Notes under the pieces: generated by a model
Database searches by the model: none
The model's input: the letters and a program-made list of their open reading frames with translations, nothing else
What the model was told of the DNA's origin: nothing
Translations under genes and position numbers: made by a program
Assembly (NCBI GenBank): GCA_050084515.1
Contig: CM114271.1
Location: forward strand, 36,580,001 to 36,644,000
Reading direction: 5' to 3'
DNA length: 64,000 nt
Origin: Blasia pusilla
Lineage: Eukaryota
In this document: positions 1 to 13,700 of the stretch, piece after piece
Numbering within the stretch: position 1 is the first letter of the stretch
Layout of the letters: each line of letters begins with the position of its first letter

Positions 1-2330
1 GTCTCTTCCAAGAGTTTGTTGAATAAAGCTGGATCATATACCTTTGTACACACCATTCTAAAAATTCCAGATAATCTAATAACCACCATTCTCACATAGT
101 CCTTCAGAAGACCACGAATGCAATAAGGAAGGACTTGCTGAATGAAGACATGCTAATCATGTGATTTCATATTGCCCAATTTTTTATTAACCACATGCTT
201 GGAGAGTTCTCCACAATATCCAGATGGCACCTTCAAGTTTTGAATCCTCGAAAGGAAAGTGTTCAAGTCATGGGGAGAAAGAAAATAATCGGAAACTGGT
301 TTAAGCAAAACTTGGGGTTTACTAGGATGGGATTGCAACCACAAATGGGATCGAATCCCACAGGCCTCCAAATCTCTCCTTACTTTCATAGTATCTTCAC
401 TCCAAATAAGGTCTTGACTAGATTCTCAACGATATTCTTCTCAACGTGCATTACATCTAACATATGACGTATAAGCAAATTCTGATTGTATCGTCAAGGA
501 AGCATGGACATCTCACAACTTGAACATAGTAGCTAATATCCACAATCAAATCAAACAAAAGCTATCCTCCTCTATAGCCACTATTTCATAACATAAAGAA
601 TAGATAATATAGAGAGGAAGCAGGATACTGGCCAGTAAGGAAACGAATATAGTATACTCAGCCTTTTCACCCCAGTTCTCTTGTAGGGATCAGTAGGGCT
701 GTCTTCTCGACCCCCACTCTCATCATATGTATGTTTTTCATTTGCCCATCCAATAATCTCTCCGAAAAGTAGTCTAGGCACGCGTGGTCTAAGTTCTGCA
801 CTCCCGTTGAAATGAGATCCATACCTACGGGTCCTCCATGGATGGCTCAATGGGAGATATCGACGATGACAACCGTATATGGGCTTGCCAAAAGACTTTG
901 AAAAATCAGAATCCACTCGAGGCCCGCATATAGGACATCCTAGTTTTCCACCGTGGCTCTGCCCAACTACAGTTCTGTATGCCGGGTCATCATTTATGGT
1001 CCATAGTAAGGTAGCCCTGAACATGAAGTTCCAACTTACGCCTACCTTCTGAACGTCATGAAATTGAACCCCTTTCCACATTTCTTGGAACTCTTCCACT
1101 GGAGGAAGCAAGTATGTGTCTATGTTTTTCCCATTTACACTCTCCTTTCCTGGTATGATCCAAGAGAGCATCACAAAGAATTTTTTTGGCTGGAGCCAGT
1201 AAGGCAAGTTATAATTAACAAGAAGCACGGGCCATGTTGACCACAAACTCGACTTGTCTGAAAATGGATCCACTCCGTCCAAAGCTAGTCCAAACCTGAA
1301 ATTCCTCTTCTCCTCGGCAAAGTCTGGATATAAGTTGTCCATGTGGCGCCATGCCTTGCAATCAGCTGTATGCCTTACTAAGCCATCCTTGCTCTGATTC
1401 AAGGGGGCCCAGGTTAACAATTCAGACAACGTCCTGCATCTAAACATACGTCTCATCCGAGGTATGATAGGAAAATGCCTTAATACCTTACATGGTACCA
1501 ACGTTCTACCCACTTTCCGGAACCTTGGTTTCCCACATAATGGACAGATCTCAGCTTCATCCAAATCACCCCAGAGTAAAACACATCCAGCCAAACACGC
1601 ATGGATACTGTTGTAACCTAAGCCTAGTTTACCAATGAGTTTTTTTGCTACATAATAACTCGGTGGCGCCATGTTCCCTGTTGGTAGGACCAACTTACAA
1701 AGGAGTTTCAAAAATTCGTCAATAGCTACATTTGGGACGCCATGGGTGGTTTGAATGTTGAATAGTAACATGAAAAAAGCTAAAACATATGTTTTTGCTG
1801 TAGGGAACAAGGGTTTAGGGTAGAGGAGCTTGCAAGCTTCAGCAAGCTCCTCATATTCATCTCCATGATTGAATAGTGGTTCTTTGTTTGATATTCCCGG
1901 TTCAGGTAATTCATCAGATGGGAGAGATGTCTCTTCAGTCTCATCCTCATGTATATGGTCGTATTTCTGGAAAATATCATTGAGCATTTTATGAACGTCA
2001 ATGTGCTCGTCTATATTTGCCATGGAAGATCTCTCCCTTCCATCCACATGGAAGGTGGGGGCTGACTACATTGTCTTATCCTCTTTGGCTTTTTTTTTCA
2101 GCAAGATCATGCATAAGCCACTTCTCATTTGAAGAGTCCCATCCATCCCTAGATTTTGGCACTCGACAAAGCGCCGAGCGTCCATTTTTATCTCAAATGT
2201 GCTTCCAGCTTGCCGATGGATAACGTAGACCCACCCTTACAATCATTGCACGGACACCGCAATCTTTTACAGCCCAGTACACTAGCTCGTGTGCTTTCCT
2301 ATTGCCACAACTTGGAATCGTGTGCCTTTA
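1..2330 (-). pseudogene. CACTA transposase (TnpD/Tnp2, Transposase_21 family), spliced, disrupted
   Basis: ORF 581-2047 has IHACxxGCVL, CPLCGKPRF, KVLRHFPIIPR, RNFRFGLALDGVDPF and WSTWPV...NLP. A GT-AG intron 628-482 leads into NLLIRHMLDVMHVEKN. There is a 1-bp frameshift near 397 and TAG at 153-155 (KSHD*HVF). Upstream CPCNDC motif near 2240-2260. Confidence 0.9.
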
Positions 2331-3898
2331 CTCTAACTGGGTGGTTCAAATCCATTCTAAGGGGATTGGAAGTGAATTCCCGCAAATTGTGAACTGAAAC
2401 ATTCCAAACACATCCAAAACCATGACATCTTGCCTCAATAACGAATTCCATAAACCATGGCTGGACGAGCTATCATCTGAATGCATACCCACATGAAGTC
2501 AAGACAAGTATGATAAGGCACATATACCTAACCTGGTTCTTATGTTGATGGAGATTTCAATCATCACTAACAATCCTCACCGATGTGGTCCAACGTTTCC
2601 AACAACATTCTTGAATGACAAATGTAACACACCCAACTTTAGATAATGACTCAATCCTTTGATATGTACACTTCATCATGGCCCTCTTCTAATAAATGTA
2701 TCCAGCGAAGATCTAGACAAACAAACTATAAAGCTAATCTACTGTGAGTGACCATAGTATTTTATCTTACACTCACATCAAATTAACGACTAAAGCAAGT
2801 GACTAACCTACGTGAAGGCGCAAGGAGAACAAGGAGAAGAGTGACGTACAAGTAAATACTTGGTAGGTCAAGGAGTGAATGTCTTGGTCCCCTCCATGAT
2901 ATTTGAGTCTTCCTTTGCTCTTGTACTTGATAAACAACACCAGTTGAGCCAAATTCAACCAATTCCATGGTCGGCGCGACATGTATATATATAAAAAAGA
3001 GTTCTAATGTATGGAAAGCAAGAAAGCGCTTGTTGCTGGGATGGATGTAGAAAGAGAAGCAAGTGAAGAAGATACCATATGAGAGGAGGGAGACACTCTC
3101 ATATAGTGTGAGTGTTGACCGAACAACGTGTTTGTGCGGAGCTTCCAAGTGTCATCCAAGAAACTATTCACCAAACCATCTACTTTACCTGATTGGGATC
3201 CCCAATAGACATTACTTACCAATGCAGTAGCTTTGGACAATGAATCAAGGCTACTGAATGTGTTGAACGATTCTGGTGCTACCAGAATGAGAGAGAGAAA
3301 TACTATACTATTAAGTAGTGCATGTCGTAGCCTTGCGACCATAGACCCCGCGCCTTGGTTGGACGGTGCTTGAGAGTGGGATGGGTGTAGAGAGAGAAGC
3401 AAGTGAAGAAGGTACCTTGTACAATTATGGTGCTACCAGCTTAGCAAAATCAGCATATGCTCTTGCTCTGAGGAATACGACTTTTGCGTAGGAAGCCAAG
3501 TAATGGCTAGATGTTTCATCCCCATCATCACAGAAGGCGTCAACAATATGGCATCATATTAAGAGGAGAGAGGACCATATACGTTGCATGCGATGACAGT
3601 TCACCAACCGGTAGGGGTAAGAAATCACCCTAAGATCTTTGCATCTAGAACGATATGAGCGAAAGCTCCCTTGCTGATACCGGATCATACAACATACGCA
3701 ATTGGAGTGTAGGGTTCTACAGCTCCGGAGAGAGTTACAAAGAAAGCCAAATGTGAGAATCAACCATGAGTTACGCTTCATTGATACTCTCACAACATAG
3801 ATAGTTATCTACAACCAAAGTGAGTGAATTTTAAACACATTCTGCGAACTATTTCCGTTAGTTTTCTATGTTTCACCCGTGATCTAAGGAAGATATGC

Positions 3899-4052
3899 CA
3901 ATTTCCCAACTGAACCCAAAATATTGATATCCGACTCTACAATTCCCAATTTCTCAGTTGAACCCTTAACTATTGATGTCCGACTCTACAATTCCCAATT
4001 GCCCAGCCAAACCCTTAAGTACTGCTATCCGACTCTACAATTTCCCAACATT
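3899..4052. repeat. ~49-bp tandem repeat, about 3 copies
   Basis: TCCGACTCTACAATT(T)CCCAA recurs at about 3930, 3979 and 4028. Confidence 0.75.
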
Positions 4053-4245
4053 CAACATACAATTGTGCGAGAGCACACGAATGGTACACGTCAAAATATT
4101 TTCAACGCTTTGATCAATAACAAAGTGATGTCCTCTGGGTGAATCAAAACATATGCAATGTGCTTCAGATCAATAAGTATGTACGTGTGGAACTTCGTCT
4201 CGGTGAAGATTTCTGAATCAAATTTTATTTCACAGTCGCACATAT

Positions 4246-4317
4246 GGGGGTGTAGCTCACATGGTAGAGCGATTTCTTTGCATGCCATAGGCACGGGGAT
4301 CGATGCCCGCACCTCCA
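4246..4317 (+). tRNA. tRNA-Ala(TGC) pseudogene
   Basis: GGGGGTGTAGCTCACATGGTAGAGCG...TTTGCAT...GGCACGGGGATCGATGCCCGCACCTCCA matches eukaryotic tRNA-Ala. Acceptor stem and D arm are intact. The anticodon stem (ATTTC/GCCAT) does not pair and the T loop/B box is altered. Confidence 0.8.
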
Positions 4318-6339
4318 GATCTCATCTATGCTTGTTGCAATTTTTTGCCCCCCATATCCTATGCTGGAAATTAATCCACGGTATCTTTTTGTGCACGGTT
4401 TGATACTGTGCCTACGCGGAGAATGTAAGCAGCACGGTAAACAAGAGGTCTATGGTACTATGGACCTCCATTTTACCGTGTAGTTTGTTTCACCCAGGTT
4501 GCTGTAACCAATTTCGAATCTTTCGATCAGCAGCGATACTTCATGTGATTATCATCCTTATGATAAGTTCTTATTGTATATACAGAAGAAAACCCGGACG
4601 ATCCATAATTAATGTTTAGCTTCCTCGCAAGGACGTTGACAAAGAGTCGGTCAGGAGAAGTATCCAGAAATAAAATACATATCGATACATACTATCTTCT
4701 TTCCTACGTATTCTGTGCTCTACTCGTTGTCCTGTTACAAATATGATGGAGAAGTCAGAATGTGGCTGCCAATCCTGAATATCAAATTAATTCTAGGATG
4801 AATATCAAACGCATTGTAAGAGAGATGTAGGGACCATATACATTGCGATGATTGTTCACCAACCGGTAGGGGTAAGAATAAGGTCTGGCTACTGGGTGGT
4901 TAGAGAAGATTGTGTTTATTGGACAATTCTCTATTGGATTCTTGGGTGGGAGAGTCGTATGAAAATCTATGAAAAAATAGGAAAGCAATGGTTAAGAAGT
5001 GATGAGAAGAGAAGCGGAAGCTAACTTAGCTTACCTAATTGTGAGTGGTAGCAATGTTGAAGAGTACCGAGGAGAGATGCATACAAGCAGAGCTACACAC
5101 AGATGATCGATGGCGCTCACAACACAAAGCAAGACGCAACAGCCAGCTTTGAGTACAAGCAATACTGAATCTTGCATGGCTCAGAATCATGAAGCTTTGT
5201 CAAAATTTTCTTGAAGTGCGCATAGCCGTCGGAAGTGGAGCTCAAACCAACACGTAAAGTAGCAGACCTGGGAGAATAGACCCTAAGCCAGAGAAGAGAG
5301 CTTGCAAGAAAGTATAAACTATAGGAAGAACCAACAAGAAGGCAATTAGCAATCAATTTCCGTAAATGATTCGTGATGGAGCCCGAAACTCCTCGAGCGC
5401 CGATGAACAAGTAATAAACACCGCAGCCGTTACAAAGGCAAAAAGCTGTCAAACGTGAAATGGGTTGATCCAAAGCAAATGCAGTTGAGTTTCAGTCACG
5501 GACCGAGAGTAACTTGTGCAAAGCAAATGATCGAGAGCGCAAGAGCAGAAGCGGATGAAAGGAGAAGCTCGGTCGGTCAAGGAAGAGGGATGGATAGGAA
5601 AACAACATTGAGTGCCCGAACTAGAGAATGAAATTGGCAAGTATAGCATTAGGGCTAGAGATTGGAAAGCGTGCCACCCTCGAGTCTTCCATTGCATGAA
5701 CCAAGAAACAACAAACCAAACGTGCCTTCAACTTACAACTCGCAGTGCACAGGAGCTATAAGGTGGAGAAGAGTCGCACAAGTCAACAAGGGATGAAGAA
5801 GGCGGTAGGCGATCACGTAATCACAATCATTGCTACAAATCTCATCAGACGGCGAGACATATCCGAGGTAGCGCGCAAATCCGTAAGACACAGATCCGGC
5901 ACACCTCAATTACTGAAGACGGAGCAAAATGGAGGCGAAACTTCAAATGCGCCTGAAAATGTGCATGGAGGAAACGACCTTTGCTCGCTCGAGAGTCCAC
6001 GATCTTTCGACCAGAAATGATAGTAAACAAGGTAAGGACGCGTCACAGACGTCCGTGAACTGGAGGAGAAACACCCGAATAAACACCCTCTCCTCTTCGA
6101 TCGCCTCACTCCCACTGATCTTCAAACTTCCCACTCCCGACCTCCGAACTCTCCACTCCCGCCTGTGAACTCCGAACATTCTGAACGTCCCATACTCTAG
6201 TGCACTCTCTGCTCACTCTCTCCCGCCACAGACACACTTTGGGACGAAACAATCCATGGGACTCTAAACATTCCATGCCACATCATCATTCTCTTCCATG
6301 CCACATCAACATTCCTTTTCATGATATGGAAATTTTCTT

Positions 6340-9300
6340 AACAACATTTGCCCTAGGACCATCTCACTTTTATTTCCAACACAATATGGAAGATTATTCG
6401 ACTCATTTTGCTCGCGGGTATATTAAAAAATTGTAACTCGGGATGTAATTGAAAATCCTAACTAGGGGGGCTAACTCGCAGATCTGAACCATTGAAGTTG
6501 TGGACGGATTTACCGCAAACGGATTTGGGTCCCTCCAATTGCACCATCTTCTAAAATGATATGACATACATTTGTTAAATTTTCAGCAATAGATCTTAAC
6601 CCACTTCCCTTTCATTGTTAATTTCTCTTCGATTTGAAGCAAGCGACTTTGATTTGATGGAATAAGGCCTTCACTTGTGCCAGGTTTCACCACCATCCAA
6701 CAGTAGTACCGGTCATGGAATGATAACATTTTCATGTTATCACAATGACTCGAAATAATCTCACTCTTGACCCCTCTTTTTCTACCCTCCACACTCCACA
6801 TGCGGCCCAAAAATCATGAATTTTTTTTGAGGATGGCACCCCTAAAGTAAAAATATAGGGAAAAAGAAAAAACTTCAAATGACCACTCACACACATAACT
6901 ACAAATCGTAAACCCTAAAACCGGTCATCCATTTTTGGTTGGAGCATGGAGAGCTAATTCGCAGATCTGAACCGTTGACCATGGGGACAGATGTAAGGCC
7001 TCCTTATGTGCTAGGTTTCATCACCATCCAATGGTGAAAGCAAGAGATAACTCCATCATAACATGAAAATGCCACAAGGACTTCAAAGAATCCTACTCAA
7101 CGCCCTCTTACTCCTTCTTGGCTTGTCATTTTGTACCTTGCATCCTCCATATGGGGCCAAAAATCATGAATTTTTTTTGAAGATGGCACCCTTAACCCAA
7201 GAACAGCTGAAAAAAAGAAAAAAACATCAAATGACCACTCACACACCGAACTAAAAATTGTAAACCCTAAAACTGGTCTTCCATTTTAGGTTTGAGCATG
7301 GAGAGCTAACTTGTAGATCTGAACCATTGAAGTTGTGGAAGACATTAATGGACAGGCTCTGAAAAATATTCATTCACATCCAATGGTGGAAAACAAAGTT
7401 ACCACCATGTTACAATGAAAATGAGACAACGCCTAAGGAAAAGATTACTCAAAGTCCTCGTCCTCCTTCTTGATCCATCATTTTCTCCTCTCTTCCTCAA
7501 CCTCCTCCTCCTTAAATCTTGAAACTTTTCCCTGGGAGGCAACCCATTTTGAGGAATAGAAGCCAAAATAAAAAATTACGAATGACCACTCACACATGGT
7601 ATTAAAAACCGTAAACCCTAAATAAGGTTTCTGATTTTTGGTATTAGCATGGCAGCTTCAATAGAAGATCTGAACCGTCAAAATTCTCGAGAAATCTAAT
7701 ATCAAGGCTAGGAAAAATATTCATTCCCATCCAATGGTGGAAAGAAAAGAAACCACTATGTTACCATGAAAATAATACAACGCCTTGGAATGAAACTATT
7801 CAAAGTCCTCGTCCTCCTTCTTCATCCATCATTTTCTCCCCTCCTCCTTAACCACGAGTCCTAAAATCTTGAAACTGTTCCCAGAGGAGCAACCCAACTC
7901 TAGGAACACAGATCAAAAGAAAAAATTACAAATGACCATTCACACATGGAATTAAAAATTGTAAACCCTTAAACTGATCTTTCATTTTTGGTTTGAGCAC
8001 GGAGAGCTAACTAGCAGATCTGAACCATTCAACATGTGGAGGGATTTAAGGCCTTGGTGTGTGCGAGGTTTCATCACCATCCAATGGTGGGAGAAAAAGT
8101 AAACTTCATGACTCCAATGAAAATAACATCAGGACTCGAACATAAAAACGCCAAAAAAAACGCCTTTTCATCTCCATATTCCTTATATTTCCGCTCCATC
8201 CAACGGTGGGAAGTCAAGATGCCAGAGTGCAAACATCAAAATTGAACTAACACTTGGATCATTATTCGTGTTTTGCCTTTCTTTGTCTTTCATCTCCATT
8301 TGCGTGGCCCTCCTCTTCATCATTGTTTCTAAAAATCATGAAACTTTGTCACAAGATGTACTTATGTGTTACTATACCAATAGAAAAAGAAAATCTCCAA
8401 ATGGACACCCAAGCAGGGAATACAAAATCATAAACCCTAACTACAATTTCCCATTTTTAAATTGAGCAGGGAGTAAGATGAGGAAAATCCACATGGTCCA
8501 AAAGTAAAAGGGCCTTCTCATGTCCATATTCCTTATTTTTCAGCTCCATCCAACGGTGGGAAGTCAAGATGCAAGAATATAAACATCAAAATTTAACTAG
8601 CTCTTGGGACATTATTAATGTTTTGCCTTTATTCCTCTTTCATATCCATTTTGTTGGCACCTCTCTTCATCACCAAGTCCATAAATCCTCAAACTTTGTC
8701 ACAAGATGTACTTATGGGAGGCTATACCAATGGAAAAATAAAATATTCAAATGGACCCCCGGCTTGGGAATTAAAAATCATAAACCTTAAATAAGTTTTC
8801 CCATTTTTAAATTGCGCATAAAGTAGGATATGGAAAATACACACTGCCCAAAAGTAAAAGGGTCTTCTCATAACTATAGTCCTTATGTTTCAACTCCATC
8901 CAACGGTGGGAAGTCAAGATACTAGAGTGCAAACATCAACATTCAACTAACTCTTGGAACATTACTTGTGTTTTGCCTTTCTTTGTCTTACATTTCCATT
9001 TGCTGGGCCCTCCTCTTCATCACCATGCCTATAAATCATGAAACATTTTCACAAGATGTACTTATGTGCTACTATACCAATGAAAAAATAAAATCTTGAA
9101 ATGGACATCCAAAGAGGGAAAAAAACATCATAAATCCTAAACACGATTTCCCAATTTTAAATTGAGCATGGATAGGATATAGAAAATCCACACCGTACAA
9201 AAGTAAAAGGGCATTCTCATATCCATAGTCCTTATATTTCAGCTACATCCAACGGTGGAAAGTCAAGATGCTAGAGTGCAAACATCAAAATTAAAATAAC

Positions 9301-10346
9301 ACTTGGATCATTATTTGTGTTTTAACTTTCTTTGTCTTACATCTCCATTTGCTTGGCCCTCCTTTTGATCACCATGTCTATAAATCATGAAAAATTGTCA
9401 CAAGATGAAATTATGTGTTATTATGTCAATGGAAAAATAAAATCCTGAAATTAACGCCCGGCCACGGAATAAAAAATAAAAAAACCCTTACCGTGGTTTC
9501 GTAATTATAAATTCAGCATGGAGTAGGAAATGGAAAATCCACATCTTCCAAAAGTAAAAGGGCCTTCTCATCTCCATAGTCCTTATGTTTCAGCTCCATT
9601 CAATGGTGGGAAGTCAAGATGCTAGATTGCAAACATCAAAATTCAACTAACTCTTGGAAGATTACTTGTGTTTTGCCTTTATTCCTCTTGCATATCCATT
9701 TTGTTGGCCCTCCTCTTCATCACCAAGTCTCACCAAGTATGCCAAAAATCAATATACATTTCCTTGAGGGGCATCCCAACATCTAGAGCAAAGGGGAAAA
9801 AAGAAAAAACTCCAAATGACCACTCATACATGGATTTAAAAATCATAAATCCCAAAGGAGGTGTTTCATTTTTGGTAGGATAATGGGGAGCTAAATAGCA
9901 TATCAGAACTGTTCAAGTAGTGGAAATAATTAAGAGAAAAGTCAGTGCCACGTTTCATCACCATATTATGGTTCGATGAAAAGATAGCTACATGTTAATA
10001 TGACATACTACTCCCAACATTCGTACTCAAAGGCCTCCTCCCATTCTCTCCCCCCTCCCCTCACCAAGGGTTCTAAAAATCAAATTTTTTTTCCATAGGG
10101 GCACCCCAACACCAGGAAATAAGGGGGAAAGAAAAAACTCCGAATGACCACTCACATATGGATTTAAAAATTGTAAACGCCAAAGGAGGTGTTTCATTTT
10201 GGTAGGAGCATGGATGTTAAATAGAAGATCCAAACCGTTCAAGAAGTGCAAAAAATTAACCACGATTCTAATGCCAAGTTTGATCTCCATCTAATGGTTA
10301 GATGAAAAAATATCGCCATGTTAACATGAAAATGACACAACGGCTT
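6340..10346. repeat. Degenerate ~350-bp tandem array (about 11 units, two subtypes) inside the CACTA element
   Basis: Anchor AAATG(ACCACTCACAC/GACAC) at about 6877, 7228, 7581, 7930, 8399, 8750, 9099, 9814 and 10143. Subtype 1 carries AGATCTGAACC; subtype 2 (about 8150-9720) carries CCATCCAACGGTGGGAAGTCAAGATG. Boundaries are approximate. Confidence 0.85.
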
Positions 10347-10714
10347 TGTCATGACCGTACGGATTATGTCGTAGAGTATAGTGTGCTAGTAGAGGCCATA
10401 CCTTATGTAGGGCCGTAGTGTCCAGGTAGAGATGCGGTTTCATATATAAGATTGGGGGTTACTCAATTGAGGGTGACTTTTCCAGTAGGGTCTGCTCTTA
10501 GGTTGGAGGATATAGTGTGGAGTGCACTCAAATAACAATTAGTTCTTTGAGTTGAGCCTGTTGCGTTGAGAGTTAGCCTTGGTAGTGAGTAGAGCTCTTG
10601 GCTATGGTGGTTCCCGCAAGCTTCGACCTGGATTCTCCCATCGTGGAGTGGGTTTGGCTTGATTGTATGTGATTCTATACATGTTTTATGACATTAGATC
10701 TTTCACGGATTTCA
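10347..10714 (+). repeat. Terminal repeat A1 (368 bp) of copy 1, with TATA-like box at 10511
   Basis: Matches 19587-19954 with about 21 differences, mostly transitions. Also matches 48879-49246 and 57251-57616. Confidence 0.92.
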
Positions 10715-10726
10715 CTCAAAGAACTA
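10714..10726 (+). promoter_or_regulatory. Putative self-priming primer-binding site
   Basis: ACTCAAAGAACTA is the exact reverse complement of TAGTTCTTTGAGT at 10540-10552, about 30 nt downstream of TATAGT (10511). There is no TGG-starting tRNA PBS next to the repeat end. Confidence 0.7.
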
Positions 10727-13700
10727 GAGTAGATTGATGGTAGCTTCGATCGTGGATCAGTAGGATTTGGTTAGGATTGATTGTGTATCCAGCCGTGGAT
10801 GTTCGTGGCTTGTGGCCTATTTTGGAGATGGAAATCTGGTGCGTGGTTGTTTGGGAAAGAAGCGCCTTGCTGAGAGCTTTCCAATGCGCTTTAGATCGCC
10901 GGATTTCTTCAAGGGAGTTGGAAGTTATCAAGGATTGAAGATTCTGGTTCGTGTTCGACGGTTTGCTGATGTGGAGAACTTGGAGTGCGGAAGCTCTGTT
11001 GAAGTTCATCCAGATCGGGTGAGAGGTTCCTGTTGCTACCTGTATTGTGATCTCATGTGAAGCTATCTGCTTGAGTGTGTGGAGCGTTGCAGATTTATGT
11101 GTGCATGAATATGGGCGGAAGCGCTATCGGATTTGCGATTCTGGAGGTGTATGGACAACAAGTTTGTCTGATTTTTAGCTCGGAGTACAGATTCGGTTAT
11201 AGCTGATTTTTTGTGGAGAGATAGCTATGGTGGCCAATTGAATTTTGGTTGAAACAGATTCAATTTTGGTCAAGGATTTGTGGAGTAATTGCTGATCAAA
11301 ATTTTGCACACTAGCTCAAGGTCTGGCTATGATGGACAGCAGATCGGAGGGGCTGGTTGGTTGGAGGCTTCGAGGCAACTCGTGGTAGCTCAAGGCGCGT
11401 GGGCAAGTGGGCGTGAGAGGCGGAGTAAGGAGCAAGCAAGCAAGTTTGCTTGCTTGGGCATGAGGCAATTTTTGCAGGACTTGTGAGTTGAGTGTTACAT
11501 AATTGGTCACCCATCTTTGGGCTATTCTGCCTGGACGACGATTAACTGATGAGTTCTTAACTATGCTAGTGTACACACTGATGTACCTCATTTGGTGCTG
11601 TTTGGAGATGTGTTAGGCGCTTTATGCATCTCGGGTTTTTGGTTGATGGACCTCTAGCGCATAGTACGGTGTAGCCTCTCCATGCAGGTGATATTTTCAG
11701 GTGCTACGAGTGCGACTAGCACGTCATCGACCAGTGGCGGAGTAGCTATTGCGTTAGAATTGTGTGGTGGGTTCTATGGATTCAGGGGGCGCCATGTTTG
11801 GTGGATTGTGTTACCTTGATTTCCATTTACGATTGGAGGGTTGTCGTTGGACTTCTTGTGTTTGGATCCCCTCCATCGTTGCTTCTTGCTTGCGCGCCCA
11901 TTGTTAGGGTTGACGCTGATTTCCAGAGTAGTTTTACTCCTGTGTGCTACCGGTAGTGAGGCTAGAGTGATGACCAGTAGACCATGGGAGGCTTCTTGTG
12001 GTGATGACAGGTTAGGTTGCCTACACCCATAGCTAGTAGAGCTAGAATAGTACAGCGACATCGACGTCACTTGGTTACTTAGTGGTGGTAATTTGGTGGT
12101 GGTGCGGCATCGGCGTTGGTCATCACGGAGTTGTCTGGTGGTCTGGTTGGGGACCATGGTGTGGACAATGGTGGTTTTACATGGAGTGGATTGAGGTATC
12201 GGCTACCTTTTCCACTTCCGACGGTTGATGAAGAGGAGGACGAGGATGTTCCAAACACCGAGTCTTCTACGTTGTTATCGAGTGTTGCAACTCCATTGAT
12301 TTGGGACATGGACGGGATATATGGGGCCATGAAGGGCCCACGACGATACTCGGGTGTAGTGGGCACCATTGAGTTGGAGGACTTCATGCAGGAGTTTGAT
12401 ACGTGGTGTGATATGCAGATGTTGGGGAACGCCACGTTGTTTACACCCTTCTTGGCTTGGAAGGGGTTGTTTCAGCACTTGGAGGGACCACCCATGGATG
12501 ATTACCATGAGTTTAGGAAGGACCATGTTGCTGAGATTGAGGCGTGGAGACAATATTGGTCTCCAGGCTATGTGTCTATCATCCATGGTGGTATTGGTAG
12601 TAGTGATCCTACTATGCCAGCCAACCCGACGTTGAGTGGTACGAGTACGAGCCGGAGTGGGGGTACCAGTGGAGGTACCCATGGAGGTACCAGTGGGGGT
12701 ACTAGTGGAAGTACTAGTGCCCCACCATTGTTCATCCCGGTTGCAGAGTTCTTCAAGAGGTTGAAGAAGAACTATCAGGGATTGAAGATAGAGAAGTTGA
12801 GGAGTCTTCAGGAATTTGAGCAAAAGATTGGTGAGAGTCTTCGTGAGGCATACACTCGTATGCGACGCTTGATTTCAGTTACCCAAGGTGTGATTGAGGC
12901 TAAGGCAATCCAGTTTTGATATGGGATCTTGGACAGAGAGTTGCGCCGCAGGGTACGTGATGCTACTCTTATGAGTGATGATTCACCCACATTGACCCAT
13001 GTGTTTGCTCTATCTGAGAAGATTGAGCTTAACATGGTGGAGGAGAGAATGGCGACATCCGCATTCAGTAGGGATACAACTACTACTTCTCGTGTTCAGC
13101 AGTCCACCTCAAAGTCTCGTAGTAGTGGTGGTGGTAGTAGTAGTGGGAGTCATGGGGGGTACACACGACCTCAGTCACGTCCTAGAGGGACACTTGCCCA
13201 AAGACCATTGCCTTCATTTGCTGCCCCGCAGCAAGGACAGTCATGTTGGACATGTGGAGGTGATCATGTTAAGAGGTTTTGTCCCCAAGAGGATGGGAGA
13301 CGGACTTTGGAGGATGGTCCTCAGTCGGCCCCAACTTAGTGTGATCATTGCGGGAGACCTGGTCATCCTCAAGAGTGTTGCTTTGATCTTCATCCAGAGT
13401 TGAGATCAGGCCGTGGCCGCGGTGGAGTAGCTCCGAGAGGCCGAGGTGGTAGAGATGATAGGGGTGGTAGAAATGGATCAGTGGTTGGAGAGCCTATGGT
13501 GGCTACCCCTACCACTACAACAAAGTCAACTATGGCTGCCAGGATTGAGCAGTTGGAGCAGAAGTTGGCTACTATGGTTGGTATCTAGCATAGAGCAGAT
13601 TCGGGAGCAGGGGCTTCCACCTCTTATGGAGGGAATGATCTCTCTTATATGGCGAGTGCAGCACAGGTTGAGGCATCAGCTGCAGTTACGAGAGGAGCCA

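Noticed and set aside
3899-4052. CRISPR-like array
   Set aside because: Only about 3 units, the inter-repeat segments resemble each other, there are no cas genes, and the context is a eukaryotic TE.
4246-4317. Functional tRNA-Ala
   Set aside because: The anticodon stem cannot pair and the T arm is altered.
10716-12157. Short sense and antisense ORFs in the Gypsy leader and repeats (e.g. MSLLRWELAL..., 11774-12157)
   Set aside because: They recur only because the DNA is repeated, mostly start at non-ATG codons, and show no domain signal.
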